Assembly: GCA_964458155.1 (NCBI GenBank)
Contig: CAYWGP010000118.1
Location: 9,810 to 73,809, forward strand
Origin: an uncultured Bacteroides sp.
Lineage (GTDB): Bacteria > Bacteroidota > Bacteroidia > Bacteroidales > GCA-2748055
DNA length: 64,000 bases
Direction of reading: 5' to 3'
Of this stretch, positions 8,607-18,333 are shown in pieces; position 1 is the stretch's first letter; each line of letters starts with the position of its first letter. Under the pieces are notes generated by a model, which saw nothing but the letters and a program-made list of their open reading frames with translations, searched no databases and was not told the origin of the DNA. The position numbers and the translations under genes are program-made.

Positions 8607-10552
8607 AAAAACTATTTATAGGCATTGTCTTTACTATTGCTGCGATCAGCATTTATGCTCAGGAATACTACCTGTCATCACCAGACGGATTCCTGAGGGC
8701 AAAAATCTCAATCCATTCTGATGCCAGTGTGGAACTTTCAAAACGGAATGAGCTTATATTGAATCTGGATGAAATTGATTTGCTGGCAGCTGATGATCGA
8801 TTGGAAGGAATGAAAATAAAGAAGTCCACCACTCAGTCTGTAAGTAAAACTGTTATTCCTGTAATCAGAGAAAAGAGTGCCAGTTATATTGAAAATTATA
8901 ACGAGCTGTCCATTGATTTTAAATCGAATAAAGGACTTACTTTCAGACTTTATAATGAAGGTTTAGCCTACCGGTTCACGACCTCGGCAAAAGACAGCAT
9001 GACCATTAATAATGAAAGCCTGAGCATCCAACTCCTTGAAAATGATTCAACACGCTATCAGTCATCAACATCATTCAATTCATCCTACGAAACGCCATAT
9101 GAGCATGATCGCATTGGCGACATGACCCCGGGCAAGCAATGTAATTTGCCTTTACTTGCAGAAAAGTATAATGGCCCTTTGCTTATGATTACCGAGTCTG
9201 ATCTTTACGATTATCCGGGATTGTGGCTGGGGAACAGGGGAAGTGCCGTTTTAGAAGGAATGCACCCTCCTTATCCAAAAACATATAATTATTCAGGTAA
9301 TATATACGGGCATGGTCAAATTCTGGAAACCTATGACTTCATTGCCAGGGTGAAGGGTGCTAGAACCTATCCATGGAGGATTTTTGCAGTTGCGGACAAT
9401 GAGGAAGAACTGGTACAGAATGATATGGTTTACCTTCTGGCAAGCCCAAGTGAGTTGGACGATGTATCGTGGATCAAGCCGGGTGTGGTGATGTTTGACT
9501 GGTGGGCTAAAAAATACATATATGGAGTAGACTTCAAATCGGGTATAAACACCGAAACGGCCAAGTACTTCATTGATTTTTGTGCAGCCCAGGGCTTCAG
9601 GTATTTTTTGTTTGATGATGGCTGGTGTCCCAAGGATGACCTGTTGTCGGTAAATCCTGAACTGGATATGGAAGCAGTTACTTCATATGCAGCTGAGAAG
9701 AATGTGGATATCATGCTCTGGGTCATATGGCATGCACTTGAGAGGCAATGGGATGAAGCCTTTGACCAGTTTGAAAAGTGGGGCATCAAAGGCATCAAGA
9801 TGGATTTCATGAACAGGGATGATCAGAAGATGGTCCGGTTTTATGAATCTGTTGTCGATAAGGCAGCCGAAAAAAAAATGGTGGTGAATTTTCATGGTGC
9901 CTACAAGCCCTGTGGCCTGAGAAAGAAATACCCCAACTTACTTACAAGGGAGGCACTTATTGAGTTTGAATACAACGGATGGACCGATTACGTAACACCT
10001 GAGCACCATAATCTACTTCCATACATTCGCATGTTTACAGGTCCGATGGATTACATTCCTGGTACTACAAGAAACTCAACCAAAACCAGCTTTCGAAAAT
10101 CAGGCAACTATCCTATGGGACAGGGAACAAGAGCTCATGCAATGGCTTTGTTTGTCATTCTAAATAGCCCAATGACTATGCTTCCAGACTCACCTTCTGA
10201 TTATTACCGGGAGCAAGAGTGTACCGATTTTCTTGCCGGTATCCCTCTTGAGTGGGATGAAACAAGGCTGTTGAAAGGGAGTATCGGAAAATACACTATC
10301 CTGGGGAGACGGGCTGGTGATGAATGGTATGTGGGTGCAATTACAGACTGGGATACCAGGACATTTAAATTGAATTCACATTTTCTTAAGGGGGGTAAGT
10401 ACCAGGTAGAAATCATTAGTGATGGAATTAATGCCGATACCCGGGCCGAAGATTATATACGATCTACTTTGTATATTCAAAAAGGTGATGATATTGAAAT
10501 AGCTATGGTTTCCGGTGGCGGATGGTTAGCAAGGTTCACTCCTGTGGAATAA
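8603..10552 (+). CDS. glycoside hydrolase family 97 (alpha-glucosidase/alpha-galactosidase type)
   Basis: 649 aa with a signal peptide. 'LLMITESDLYDYPGLWL' and 'WGIKGIKMDFMNRDDQKMV' resemble the GH97 N-terminal and catalytic regions. The size is typical. Confidence 0.75.
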   Translation: MKKLFIGIVFTIAAISIYAQEYYLSSPDGFLRAKISIHSDASVELSKRNELILNLDEIDLLAADDRLEGMKIKKSTTQSVSKTVIPVIREKSASYIENYNELSIDFKSNKGLTFRLYNEGLAYRFTTSAKDSMTINNESLSIQLLENDSTRYQSSTSFNSSYETPYEHDRIGDMTPGKQCNLPLLAEKYNGPLLMITESDLYDYPGLWLGNRGSAVLEGMHPPYPKTYNYSGNIYGHGQILETYDFIARVKGARTYPWRIFAVADNEEELVQNDMVYLLASPSELDDVSWIKPGVVMFDWWAKKYIYGVDFKSGINTETAKYFIDFCAAQGFRYFLFDDGWCPKDDLLSVNPELDMEAVTSYAAEKNVDIMLWVIWHALERQWDEAFDQFEKWGIKGIKMDFMNRDDQKMVRFYESVVDKAAEKKMVVNFHGAYKPCGLRKKYPNLLTREALIEFEYNGWTDYVTPEHHNLLPYIRMFTGPMDYIPGTTRNSTKTSFRKSGNYPMGQGTRAHAMALFVILNSPMTMLPDSPSDYYREQECTDFLAGIPLEWDETRLLKGSIGKYTILGRRAGDEWYVGAITDWDTRTFKLNSHFLKGGKYQVEIISDGINADTRAEDYIRSTLYIQKGDDIEIAMVSGGGWLARFTPVE

Positions 10553-10591
10553 GAGAAAAGAGTGTCAATAAGGTATTAAATTTGCTCAGCT

Positions 10592-11134
10592 ATGATTAAA
10601 CAACCTGTTCTGGAAACCAGGCGACTTTTGCTTCGCCCTCTCGGCTTAGCTCATAAGGTGGAAATTCAGAAATCTGCTGGTGAACGCGAAATCGCCGATA
10701 CCATGATTTCTCTGCCACATCCCTATCCTGATGGAGAAGCTGAGCGCTACATCTCTCGAAAGCTGAATGAACGAGAAGCTGGTAGCTCTGTTACCTACAT
10801 CATCGAGAAGAAGGAGGGGAAAGTGTTTTGTGGTTTAATTGAGTTACGCGATCTGGATTATGAGCATTCCCTGGGGGAGCTGAGTTTCTGGCTGGCCAGG
10901 GAGGCATGGGGACAGGGATATATGAGTGAAGCTGTGCAAATGATTGTGCAGTATGCATTTGAGGAGCTTAAGCTGAATCGTCTCTATGCTTATCACATGT
11001 TGCGGAACCCGGCTACTGGAAGGGTCCTTGAGAAGAATGGCTTCAGGCAGGAAGGTCTGTTACGTCAGAGAGTGCAGAAGTGGGATAAATATGAGGATGT
11101 TACTCTTATGGCCATTCTGAGACAGGATGTATAA
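10592..11134 (+). CDS. GNAT family N-acetyltransferase (RimJ/RimL-like)
   Basis: 'LETRRLLLRPL' N-terminus, 'WGQGYMSEAV', 'NPATGRVLEKNGFRQEG'. Confidence 0.85.
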   Translation: MIKQPVLETRRLLLRPLGLAHKVEIQKSAGEREIADTMISLPHPYPDGEAERYISRKLNEREAGSSVTYIIEKKEGKVFCGLIELRDLDYEHSLGELSFWLAREAWGQGYMSEAVQMIVQYAFEELKLNRLYAYHMLRNPATGRVLEKNGFRQEGLLRQRVQKWDKYEDVTLMAILRQDV

Positions 11135-11175
11135 ATCGCCTGGATCCGGAGCAAGTATTGAAAAAGGTGCAGCTT

Positions 11176-12117
11176 ATGAAGAAAGAGAAGAGTCATTCCC
11201 CTGAGAAGAGCGACTCCAGCTGGACAGTAAGCCGGCGAGTCTTCCTGAAGCGTTCAGGGATGCTAATTGTGGGGCTTTCTTCCGGAATTCCCTTTGCTCA
11301 CGCCGGCAATACCGGCAGCAAAGCGAAATTGTCTTTCGGCATTGTAACAGATGCACATTATGCTGACACAGATCCGAATGGCTCACGCTACTACAGGGAA
11401 TCATTATCCAAGATGAGTGAGTGTGTCACTCTTATGAATGATAAGAAGGTCGATTTCCTTGTGGAACTCGGAGACTTAAAGGACCAGGATAATCCCGCCA
11501 GTGAGGAGAAGACACTGGAATATTTAAGTACCATTGAAAAGGAATTCGGACAATTTGAAGGTCCCCGATATCATGTCATCGGTAATCACGACCTTGACAG
11601 CATATCAAAGGAGCAGTTTCTGGCCCGGGTAAATAATACGGGTATTGCCAAAGGCTCCAACTATTATTCATTTGACTCGAAAGGATTCCATCTTGTCGTG
11701 CTTGATGCCAATTACAATGCCGATGAATCCGATTATGATCATGGTAATTTCAACTGGACAGACAGCAATATTCCCCTGAAGCAACTTAACTGGCTCAGGG
11801 AGGATCTGGCGTCATCTTCCAAACCTGTAATCGCATTTATTCACCAGCAGCTCGATTCAGAAGGCCCCACAGGAGTAAAGAAGAATGCGGCGGAGGTGAG
11901 GCAGGTCTTACAGGAAAACAATAGAACTCTTGCTGTTTTCCAGGGGCATCACCACCCGGGTCACTATAGCTTCATCGAAGGAATACATTACTACACCTTG
12001 AAGGCCATGGTAGAAGGGGCCGGAGAGATGAATAATTCATACGCGATAGTTGAGGTGCATACCGATAATAGCATCGTTATTACAGGCTATCGTAATGCAG
12101 TAAGTAAAACATACTAG
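11176..12117 (+). CDS. TAT-exported metallophosphoesterase
   Basis: Twin-arginine-like 'SRRVFLKRSGMLIV'. 'DAHY', 'GDLKD' and 'GNHD' calcineurin-like motifs. The track start 11158 is a TTG; the first ATG is at 11176. Confidence 0.8.
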   Translation: MKKEKSHSPEKSDSSWTVSRRVFLKRSGMLIVGLSSGIPFAHAGNTGSKAKLSFGIVTDAHYADTDPNGSRYYRESLSKMSECVTLMNDKKVDFLVELGDLKDQDNPASEEKTLEYLSTIEKEFGQFEGPRYHVIGNHDLDSISKEQFLARVNNTGIAKGSNYYSFDSKGFHLVVLDANYNADESDYDHGNFNWTDSNIPLKQLNWLREDLASSSKPVIAFIHQQLDSEGPTGVKKNAAEVRQVLQENNRTLAVFQGHHHPGHYSFIEGIHYYTLKAMVEGAGEMNNSYAIVEVHTDNSIVITGYRNAVSKTY

Positions 12118-12151
12118 TTTCGTAAAGCATTCATTCTAAAGAGATAATTGA

Positions 12152-12580
12152 ATGGACCATTTTCGTGTTAGGATATCGGAGATTGCGCCATGCGGTATGA
12201 ACTGCCGGCTTTGCATTGGATATGTCAGAGCTAAAAATAAGTGCGATGGCTGCCAGACGCCCGACACAAAATGCAGCAGATCCTGTACTTTACGTTTCTG
12301 CACCGAACGTGCCGGTAAATTCTGTGATCATTCCTGCTCGTCATTTCCCTGTAAGCGACTGAAGAACCTGGATAAGCGATATCGTGAGAAATATGGCATG
12401 AGCATGATAGAGAATCTGACAGAGATTGAAGAAACAGGCATCCGGCAATTTATCAGGAATGAGAATAGCCGCAGGGCCTGCCCTGTTTGTGGTCATCTTA
12501 TTTGTGTCCACAGACCCGCATGTTTAAACTGCGGGACAACTAGAAATGCAAAAAATATAAATGCTTTACGAAGAAACTAG
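12152..12580 (+). CDS. Cys-rich protein, DUF3795-like
   Basis: 'CGMNCRLCIGY', 'CDGC' and several further CxxC pairs. The stop overlaps the convergent gene's stop in CTAG. Confidence 0.5.
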   Translation: MDHFRVRISEIAPCGMNCRLCIGYVRAKNKCDGCQTPDTKCSRSCTLRFCTERAGKFCDHSCSSFPCKRLKNLDKRYREKYGMSMIENLTEIEETGIRQFIRNENSRRACPVCGHLICVHRPACLNCGTTRNAKNINALRRN

Positions 12581-13824
12581 GAGTTTCGCAGGGAATAGAC
12601 CATAAGAACATCTCCGTGCCTCAGGAACATTTTTCCATCAAAGATATAGGGATGGGACCAGTGCGGACCACTACCTTTTTCCACTTCGAATGAACTGATA
12701 ACCTCAAAGCCGGATGGATCGGGCTTAACAAGGCCCACATTCCCTCTTTTCTCCACATATACGTATAGCAGGCCATCAGCATACACCATTTCCCCTTTGG
12801 AGTTCCATTTCTCATCGTACATCACTTCACCCGTATTCCAGTCCAGGCAGGCCCAGGCCCCGTTTCCGTTGTTTATCCAGTATGATCCGTAGAGGTAGCC
12901 GTCCAATTCGATAAGCCCATGATGGTGGTTGTCCATTAGCTCATTGGTATAAACCTCTTCTATGGATGTAAGATCGTCACTGACTTTAATCATTTTTGCC
13001 GGATAGTTGTATCCGATGGACAAAAAGATCATGTTGCCTTTTACGACCGGGCTGTTGGCCCAGATCATTCCCTTTGGCTGCCATTTCCATATGGAGGAGT
13101 CAAAATATTTGTAAGAGCTAAGTAAAGCTCCATTCTCCGGATCTACAATGTACAGGTTGCTGGCAGAAGCTCCTAATATATACTCTTTGCCATTGAAGGT
13201 ACTCAGGATTGGCGATACATAAGAACGCTGTCCGCTGGTACCTGGCGATTTCCAGATTTCTGCTCCGGTCATTTTATCAAAGGCCACAAAGGTAGCCTGG
13301 GCACTGGCAGGGGAACAGATGACCTTGTTGTCCACGATTAGCGGTGATTCGGACACACCCCAGTTATGCCAATCGGCCTGATAATCTTTGTCCACAGCAA
13401 CCTTCCAGTTAATCTCCCCTGTCCCGGCATTCAGACATACCAGTTCTCCGACTCCGCTGATAATGTATATACGGTCCTCTTCAATGGTGGGGGTGCTCCG
13501 GGTATTGGGATAGGACTGATCCCAGGCCTGGCCATAGGCAACCTGCCAGAGTTTTTTACCCTCAAAGTCGATGCATGTTAAATGGTCCAGAGTTTCAATC
13601 CTCCCGGAGGCATAGATGTATTTTCCGTTAGTGATGACAGAAGAATACCCGTCTCCAATGCCTTTATACTCCAGCAACAATTCCGGACCGCCTTCCGGCC
13701 ACTCTTTAAGCAGATTGCTTTCAGGAAACTTCCCATCCCTGTTGGGTCCCCGAAATTGATAGATCTGTGCACTTGTTTCTGAGACAAGTACTGCACACAA
13801 TATAATAAGGCAAAGTTTTTTCAT
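12577..13824 (-). CDS. PQQ-like beta-propeller repeat protein (BamB-like fold), secreted
   Basis: The internal start 'MKKLCLIILCAVLVSETSAQ' at 13824 gives a signal peptide. Repeated 'G...W' blade motifs (INWKV, EIWKS, KLWQV). Confidence 0.75.
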   Translation of the reverse strand: MKKLCLIILCAVLVSETSAQIYQFRGPNRDGKFPESNLLKEWPEGGPELLLEYKGIGDGYSSVITNGKYIYASGRIETLDHLTCIDFEGKKLWQVAYGQAWDQSYPNTRSTPTIEEDRIYIISGVGELVCLNAGTGEINWKVAVDKDYQADWHNWGVSESPLIVDNKVICSPASAQATFVAFDKMTGAEIWKSPGTSGQRSYVSPILSTFNGKEYILGASASNLYIVDPENGALLSSYKYFDSSIWKWQPKGMIWANSPVVKGNMIFLSIGYNYPAKMIKVSDDLTSIEEVYTNELMDNHHHGLIELDGYLYGSYWINNGNGAWACLDWNTGEVMYDEKWNSKGEMVYADGLLYVYVEKRGNVGLVKPDPSGFEVISSFEVEKGSGPHWSHPYIFDGKMFLRHGDVLMVYSLRNS

Positions 13825-13896
13825 GGATTTCCTATTTTTGAAATACAAACATAAGAATTCCTGCTGAAAGGCATAAATTTTCAAACAGTGAAAGAA

Positions 13897-14307
13897 ATGC
13901 AAAAAACCATCCAAATATCCACCAATTCCCACAATGGCCTCCACGACATCACCCGTCAGGTAGAGGCCATCGTCACTGAATCAGGCGTACAGGCCGGCCT
14001 GGTAAATGTCTACGTACAGGGTGCCACGGCCGGGATTATGATCCAGGAAAACTGGGACCAGTCGGTGCAAAACGATGTGGTCACATTATTCAATAAACTG
14101 GTGCCGGCAGGAATCTGGGAGCACGATGCCCAGGACAGCAACGGAGACTCTCATCTAAAAGCCGGGATCGTTGGGCCACAGGAAACCATTCCTATCGTTA
14201 ACGGGAAGATGGGTCTTTCCACCTGGCAGAATATTTTTCTCTGTGAATTTGACGGGCCCCGAAATACCAGGAGCATATTAGTGACAGTACTCGGCAACGA
14301 AGGCTGA
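13897..14307 (+). CDS. YjbQ/UPF0047 family (secondary thiamine-phosphate synthase-like)
   Basis: 'HNGLHDITRQV', 'TAGIMIQENWD', 'GDSHLKA', 'LSTWQNIFLCEFDGPR' are characteristic of UPF0047. Confidence 0.85.
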   Translation: MQKTIQISTNSHNGLHDITRQVEAIVTESGVQAGLVNVYVQGATAGIMIQENWDQSVQNDVVTLFNKLVPAGIWEHDAQDSNGDSHLKAGIVGPQETIPIVNGKMGLSTWQNIFLCEFDGPRNTRSILVTVLGNEG

Positions 14308-14312
14308 GCATA

Positions 14313-16193
14313 TTACCTGTCGATCACCGGGAGCCTGATCTGTGAGGGATATTCAGAAGAGTGGTGTATCCTGTTGGTGGCAACCACTCCCTCTGATTCA
14401 TCGTAATTCCTTCCCCCTGTATTCAGATTTCGCTCAAAACGCGGAAAATTACTGCTGCTGACTTCGATACGAATCCTGTGTCCCTCCTGGAAATAGTTGC
14501 TGGTGGACATGGGGCTCATTTCGATTTTATAGACCTGTCCGTCCTCCATAAATACCTCCTTGTCAAATCCTTCCCTGAAACGGGCGCGAAATATAGTCTC
14601 ATCCAGGTTATAGGCACGTCCGTCGGGATACACATCAATCAGTTTAATGGTAAAATCAGTATCCTTTGCATCCGATGAAACATAGAGGGTAGCCTCGATA
14701 AAACCACTGACTTCCATACCTTTTTTAAGTTGTTCAGAAGTAAAAACAAGAATATCCTCCCGCTCTTCATTCTTCCGCTGATCAAAGGAACCGGGTTTAA
14801 TGGCCCCGCCTGTGCAACAGACATTGCCTCCCCAGGAAGGAACCGGATCGGCGGGATCGTATATGAAAACATCAGGAACAGCTTTTTTTAATGGTTTGCT
14901 GACCAGGGCCCCGTCCCCATGCAGGGTATTGGCATTGCCTTTACTGGAGAGGTAAAATGTTTGCATTTCCATCCCTTCAGGGGGCCAGCTTTCTGCGGTT
15001 TGCCATTTATTCAGTCCCATGGTATAATACCGGACCCTGGGAAGATCTTCGAGGAATTCCGGATCCTTGCCCAATAGCCAGTAATCCATCCATCCATTCG
15101 TAATCCGGTCATAGTCCAGGCGCGCATCACCCAATTCGCGTTCTCCAACGATAGTATTTTCTGAGGCCCTGGAATACCCGCAATGACCGGTTGGTGCAAT
15201 GATCAGGTACTGGTTTTCCCGTACCACCGGATCCGAAGCATTCTTCCTGACATGATTGAAAAGTTCCAGGTTCGGACTGATGGATACATCATACCAGGTA
15301 CAGATCCACAGACTGGGTACACCGAAATCCATATCATCATGATATAATCCACCCTGGTGCCATTCCGGATCGTTGGGTTGGCGTTCGATCATTCTTTCAT
15401 AGGCACCGATGGGACCATCCACATTACGGAGGATATCTTTTACCGGCAAATGCCAGAATGCCTCTTTCCACTCTACCCTGGGACGCTCAGGCGCCAGGTC
15501 AAAGGATCTGGATACCCTGATCAGCTCTTCCTGAGTGGCATCATCAGGGAAGGTCGGCCTGATACGGTCGTTTTGCACTCCGTACAACCAGGAGGTAAAC
15601 AACATTTGCTGAGCTCCTCCCCTGTACCAGTTTCCCTGTTCATAAAACCTGCCCACACGTCCAACCCCGGCCCCATAACCTGCAGGGATCATCGCTGCAT
15701 GGGCCGGATGATCCAGGGCAGCCACAGCCATCTGCCATTCTGCTGTGGATGAGCAGCCTGTGGTTACAATTTTCCCGCTGCACCATGGCTGACTCTCCAG
15801 CCAGCTGAAGGCATCATAGCCATCGCTAAGTGGAACACCCAGTATATCCCATTCGCCCTGGGAGAAATATCGGCCTCGCTCATTCTGGATCACGTAAGCA
15901 TAACCTCTTTTAACAGCATTTAATGCTCCCCGATAGGCGCGGGTTCGTAATTTACCATCGCGCCAGGAATTAAAATTGTAAGGTGTTTTCACAAAAATCA
16001 CGGGTACAGGCTGATCAGTTTTGGGACGGAAGATGTCCGTTGCAAGTTTGATCCCGTCGCGCATGGGCATCATGACTTTCTGATCAATGATGGCGATTTC
16101 TTCCAGTTGGTCCAGGATGTCATCCTGGGATGCCGCCTTGAAAACGAAAACACCCGGCAGGAGGAGAATGAGTAGAAGCTTGTAATGTTTCAT
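14313..16193 (-). CDS. CocE/NonD family hydrolase (S15 X-Pro dipeptidyl-peptidase-like), secreted
   Basis: The start at '[14 protein letters not shown]' is a signal peptide. '[14 protein letters not shown]', the nucleophile region 'GCSSTAEWQ', and a C-terminal beta-sandwich with '[23 protein letters not shown]'. Confidence 0.85.
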   Translation of the reverse strand: MKHYKLLLILLLPGVFVFKAASQDDILDQLEEIAIIDQKVMMPMRDGIKLATDIFRPKTDQPVPVIFVKTPYNFNSWRDGKLRTRAYRGALNAVKRGYAYVIQNERGRYFSQGEWDILGVPLSDGYDAFSWLESQPWCSGKIVTTGCSSTAEWQMAVAALDHPAHAAMIPAGYGAGVGRVGRFYEQGNWYRGGAQQMLFTSWLYGVQNDRIRPTFPDDATQEELIRVSRSFDLAPERPRVEWKEAFWHLPVKDILRNVDGPIGAYERMIERQPNDPEWHQGGLYHDDMDFGVPSLWICTWYDVSISPNLELFNHVRKNASDPVVRENQYLIIAPTGHCGYSRASENTIVGERELGDARLDYDRITNGWMDYWLLGKDPEFLEDLPRVRYYTMGLNKWQTAESWPPEGMEMQTFYLSSKGNANTLHGDGALVSKPLKKAVPDVFIYDPADPVPSWGGNVCCTGGAIKPGSFDQRKNEEREDILVFTSEQLKKGMEVSGFIEATLYVSSDAKDTDFTIKLIDVYPDGRAYNLDETIFRARFREGFDKEVFMEDGQVYKIEMSPMSTSNYFQEGHRIRIEVSSSNFPRFERNLNTGGRNYDESEGVVATNRIHHSSEYPSQIRLPVIDR

Positions 16194-16278
16194 GTCTGGA
16201 GCAATTTTGCAATTGGATAAAGATATCAAAAAGAGCTATGCATATAAGTTATATATTGGGCATAGAAAAAATAAAACC

Positions 16279-17589
16279 ATGACCAATACCTTCATTACAA
16301 TACTGATAATCCTTGCAAGTGGCTATGTCTCTCCTTCCATGGAAAAGCCCGGCCTTGTTCCAATAGGGAAGGCCTGGGCGAAAAACTCGGTAAATGCCAA
16401 CATATTAAGGCATAACTCTGTAGTGAGTCATGGAAGCTATCAATATGTAGCCTACTATGATGCTGAGGCACATGTCACCCTGGCCAAAAGAGCGCTGGGG
16501 TCAGAAGACTGGGAGATAAAAAGAACCCGATACAAAGGCAATGTAAAGGATGCCCATAATTCCATCAGCATTATGGTCGATGGAGAGGGCTACCTGCATA
16601 TGTCCTGGGATCATCATGGGAATCCCCTTCGTTATTGCAAAAGCACTGCTCCCGGTTCACTTGAATTGACCGGGAAGATGCCCATGACCGGTATGAAGGA
16701 AAAAAACCTGACCTATCCGGAATTCTACCGATTGCCCGATGGAGATCTACTTTTCCTTTACCGGGACGGAGCATCGGGCCGTGGCAATCTCATGATGAAT
16801 TACTACGATGTAAAGACGAAGAAGTGGACCCAACGGCAGGATGCTTTTATCCATGGTGAAGACGAACGAAATGCATACTGGCAGATGTGTACTGATATTC
16901 ATGGGACCATACATATTTCATGGGTATGGCGGGAGACTGGAGATGTGGCCACCAATCATGATATGTGTTATGCCAAATCTGAAGACGGAGGAAAGACCTG
17001 GTTAAAATCCAATGGAGAGCCATACCAGCTTCCTATCACAGCATCCAATGCAGAATATGCCGCTCATATCCCTCAGGCACACGAACTGATCAATACCACC
17101 GGCATGTGTGCAGACGGAAAAGGACGACCCTATATTGTGACTTACTGGAGACCGGAAGGAACTGAGGTTCCCCAGTATCACCTGATTTATCACGATGGAT
17201 CCTCCTGGCAAATCTCTCAGATCACTGATCGTAAGACGCCTTTTACGCTTAGCGGGGGAGGTACCAAGAGAATACCCATCAGCCGTCCACGGATTGTTGC
17301 TGACTCAGATGGCGCAGGCGACAGGGCATATATGATGTTTCGCGACAGCGAACGGGGCAACCGTGTATCTGTAGCCATATGTGAAGATCTCAGCCGGCCG
17401 GACTGGCAGATCGTGGACCTGACAGACTTCGCTGTTGGCATGTGGGAACCCAGCTATGACACGGAATTATGGAATAGGTCCAAAATGCTGCATATTTACG
17501 TTCAGGAGGTCGGGCAGGGAGACGGGGAGACTACCGAAGCACTTCCACCTTCACAGGTATATATTTTAGAGTGGGAATGCACAGAATAG
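16279..17589 (+). CDS. BNR_4-like beta-propeller protein (function unknown)
   Basis: Start at 'MTNTFITILIILASG'. 'DAHNSISIMVDGEGYLHMSWDHHGNPLRY' and 'SEDGGKTW' (BNR/Asp-box) fit the BNR_4 family as I recall it. Confidence 0.6.
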   Translation: MTNTFITILIILASGYVSPSMEKPGLVPIGKAWAKNSVNANILRHNSVVSHGSYQYVAYYDAEAHVTLAKRALGSEDWEIKRTRYKGNVKDAHNSISIMVDGEGYLHMSWDHHGNPLRYCKSTAPGSLELTGKMPMTGMKEKNLTYPEFYRLPDGDLLFLYRDGASGRGNLMMNYYDVKTKKWTQRQDAFIHGEDERNAYWQMCTDIHGTIHISWVWRETGDVATNHDMCYAKSEDGGKTWLKSNGEPYQLPITASNAEYAAHIPQAHELINTTGMCADGKGRPYIVTYWRPEGTEVPQYHLIYHDGSSWQISQITDRKTPFTLSGGGTKRIPISRPRIVADSDGAGDRAYMMFRDSERGNRVSVAICEDLSRPDWQIVDLTDFAVGMWEPSYDTELWNRSKMLHIYVQEVGQGDGETTEALPPSQVYILEWECTE

Positions 17590-17718
17590 TTCAATCTATT
17601 TCTGTACCTCTTAGCAGCATCATATTCCTGTAAGAAGCGGACATAAGATTGTATAAATCAGACATTAGCTCATAAACAGGGAAAAAAGGTGGTAACTTCT
17701 GTCTAAACCACTAATTGT

Positions 17719-18288
17719 ATGTTTATGAGATATTTTAGAATTGCTTTTGTTTTCGGCCTCGCGCTGATGATCTTTGCAGGTTGCTCCAAGGAGGAGATCC
17801 AGCCTGACTCTCTGAATGTTGATGATAGTGCTCTAAAAAGCAAAAGTGTTAAAAAGAAACCCGATAAACTTGTACCTCTAAAGGGTGTGTTTGAAGTCAA
17901 AGTAATTCAAGTAATTCAAGAGAAAGGGCCAAGAATTCAGATTGTTGCGGGTGAGGGAAACCTTAGCCATTTGGGAAGAACGGAAGTCTCGATGACACAA
18001 TACTGGAGAGGGCCAAATCCCAATTTGCCCGATGGTGCGATGCGTGGTGGCTCTGGTGATGGTGAAATCACTTTTGTTGCTGCCAATGGGGATATTTTAA
18101 AGGCTTCCTATTACGGGACAAGCATTCACTGGTCACTAACCAGTGTTGAAATCGATTTTGTGTGCACCATAGTGGGTGGTGAAGGTCGTTTTAAGGATGC
18201 GAAGGGCGACTTTTCATGGAAAGGGCAATACACCCCCTTGCCGGTGAATATTGGAAATGCAGATGTCGATGGTGGTATTAACTATTAG
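17719..18288 (+). CDS. hypothetical lipoprotein
   Basis: Signal plus lipobox 'MIFAGCSKE'. No recognisable domain. Confidence 0.5.
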   Translation: MFMRYFRIAFVFGLALMIFAGCSKEEIQPDSLNVDDSALKSKSVKKKPDKLVPLKGVFEVKVIQVIQEKGPRIQIVAGEGNLSHLGRTEVSMTQYWRGPNPNLPDGAMRGGSGDGEITFVAANGDILKASYYGTSIHWSLTSVEIDFVCTIVGGEGRFKDAKGDFSWKGQYTPLPVNIGNADVDGGINY

Positions 18289-18309
18289 GCAGTCTTCTAT
18301 TTGAGTATG

Positions 18310-18333
18310 AAAACCCTTCAACTCAAGGGTTTT
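18310..18333. terminator. bidirectional hairpin between convergent genes
   Basis: aaaaccctt-caactc-aagggtttt: a perfect 9-bp stem with a 6-nt loop, then T-rich sequence. It overlaps the last codons of the AraC gene. Confidence 0.6.

Noticed and set aside
17899-17916. 9-nt tandem duplication gtaattcaa x2 (VIQVIQ) inside the hypothetical lipoprotein gene
   Set aside because: It is a tiny in-frame slippage event in a gene of unknown function, with no further structure around it.
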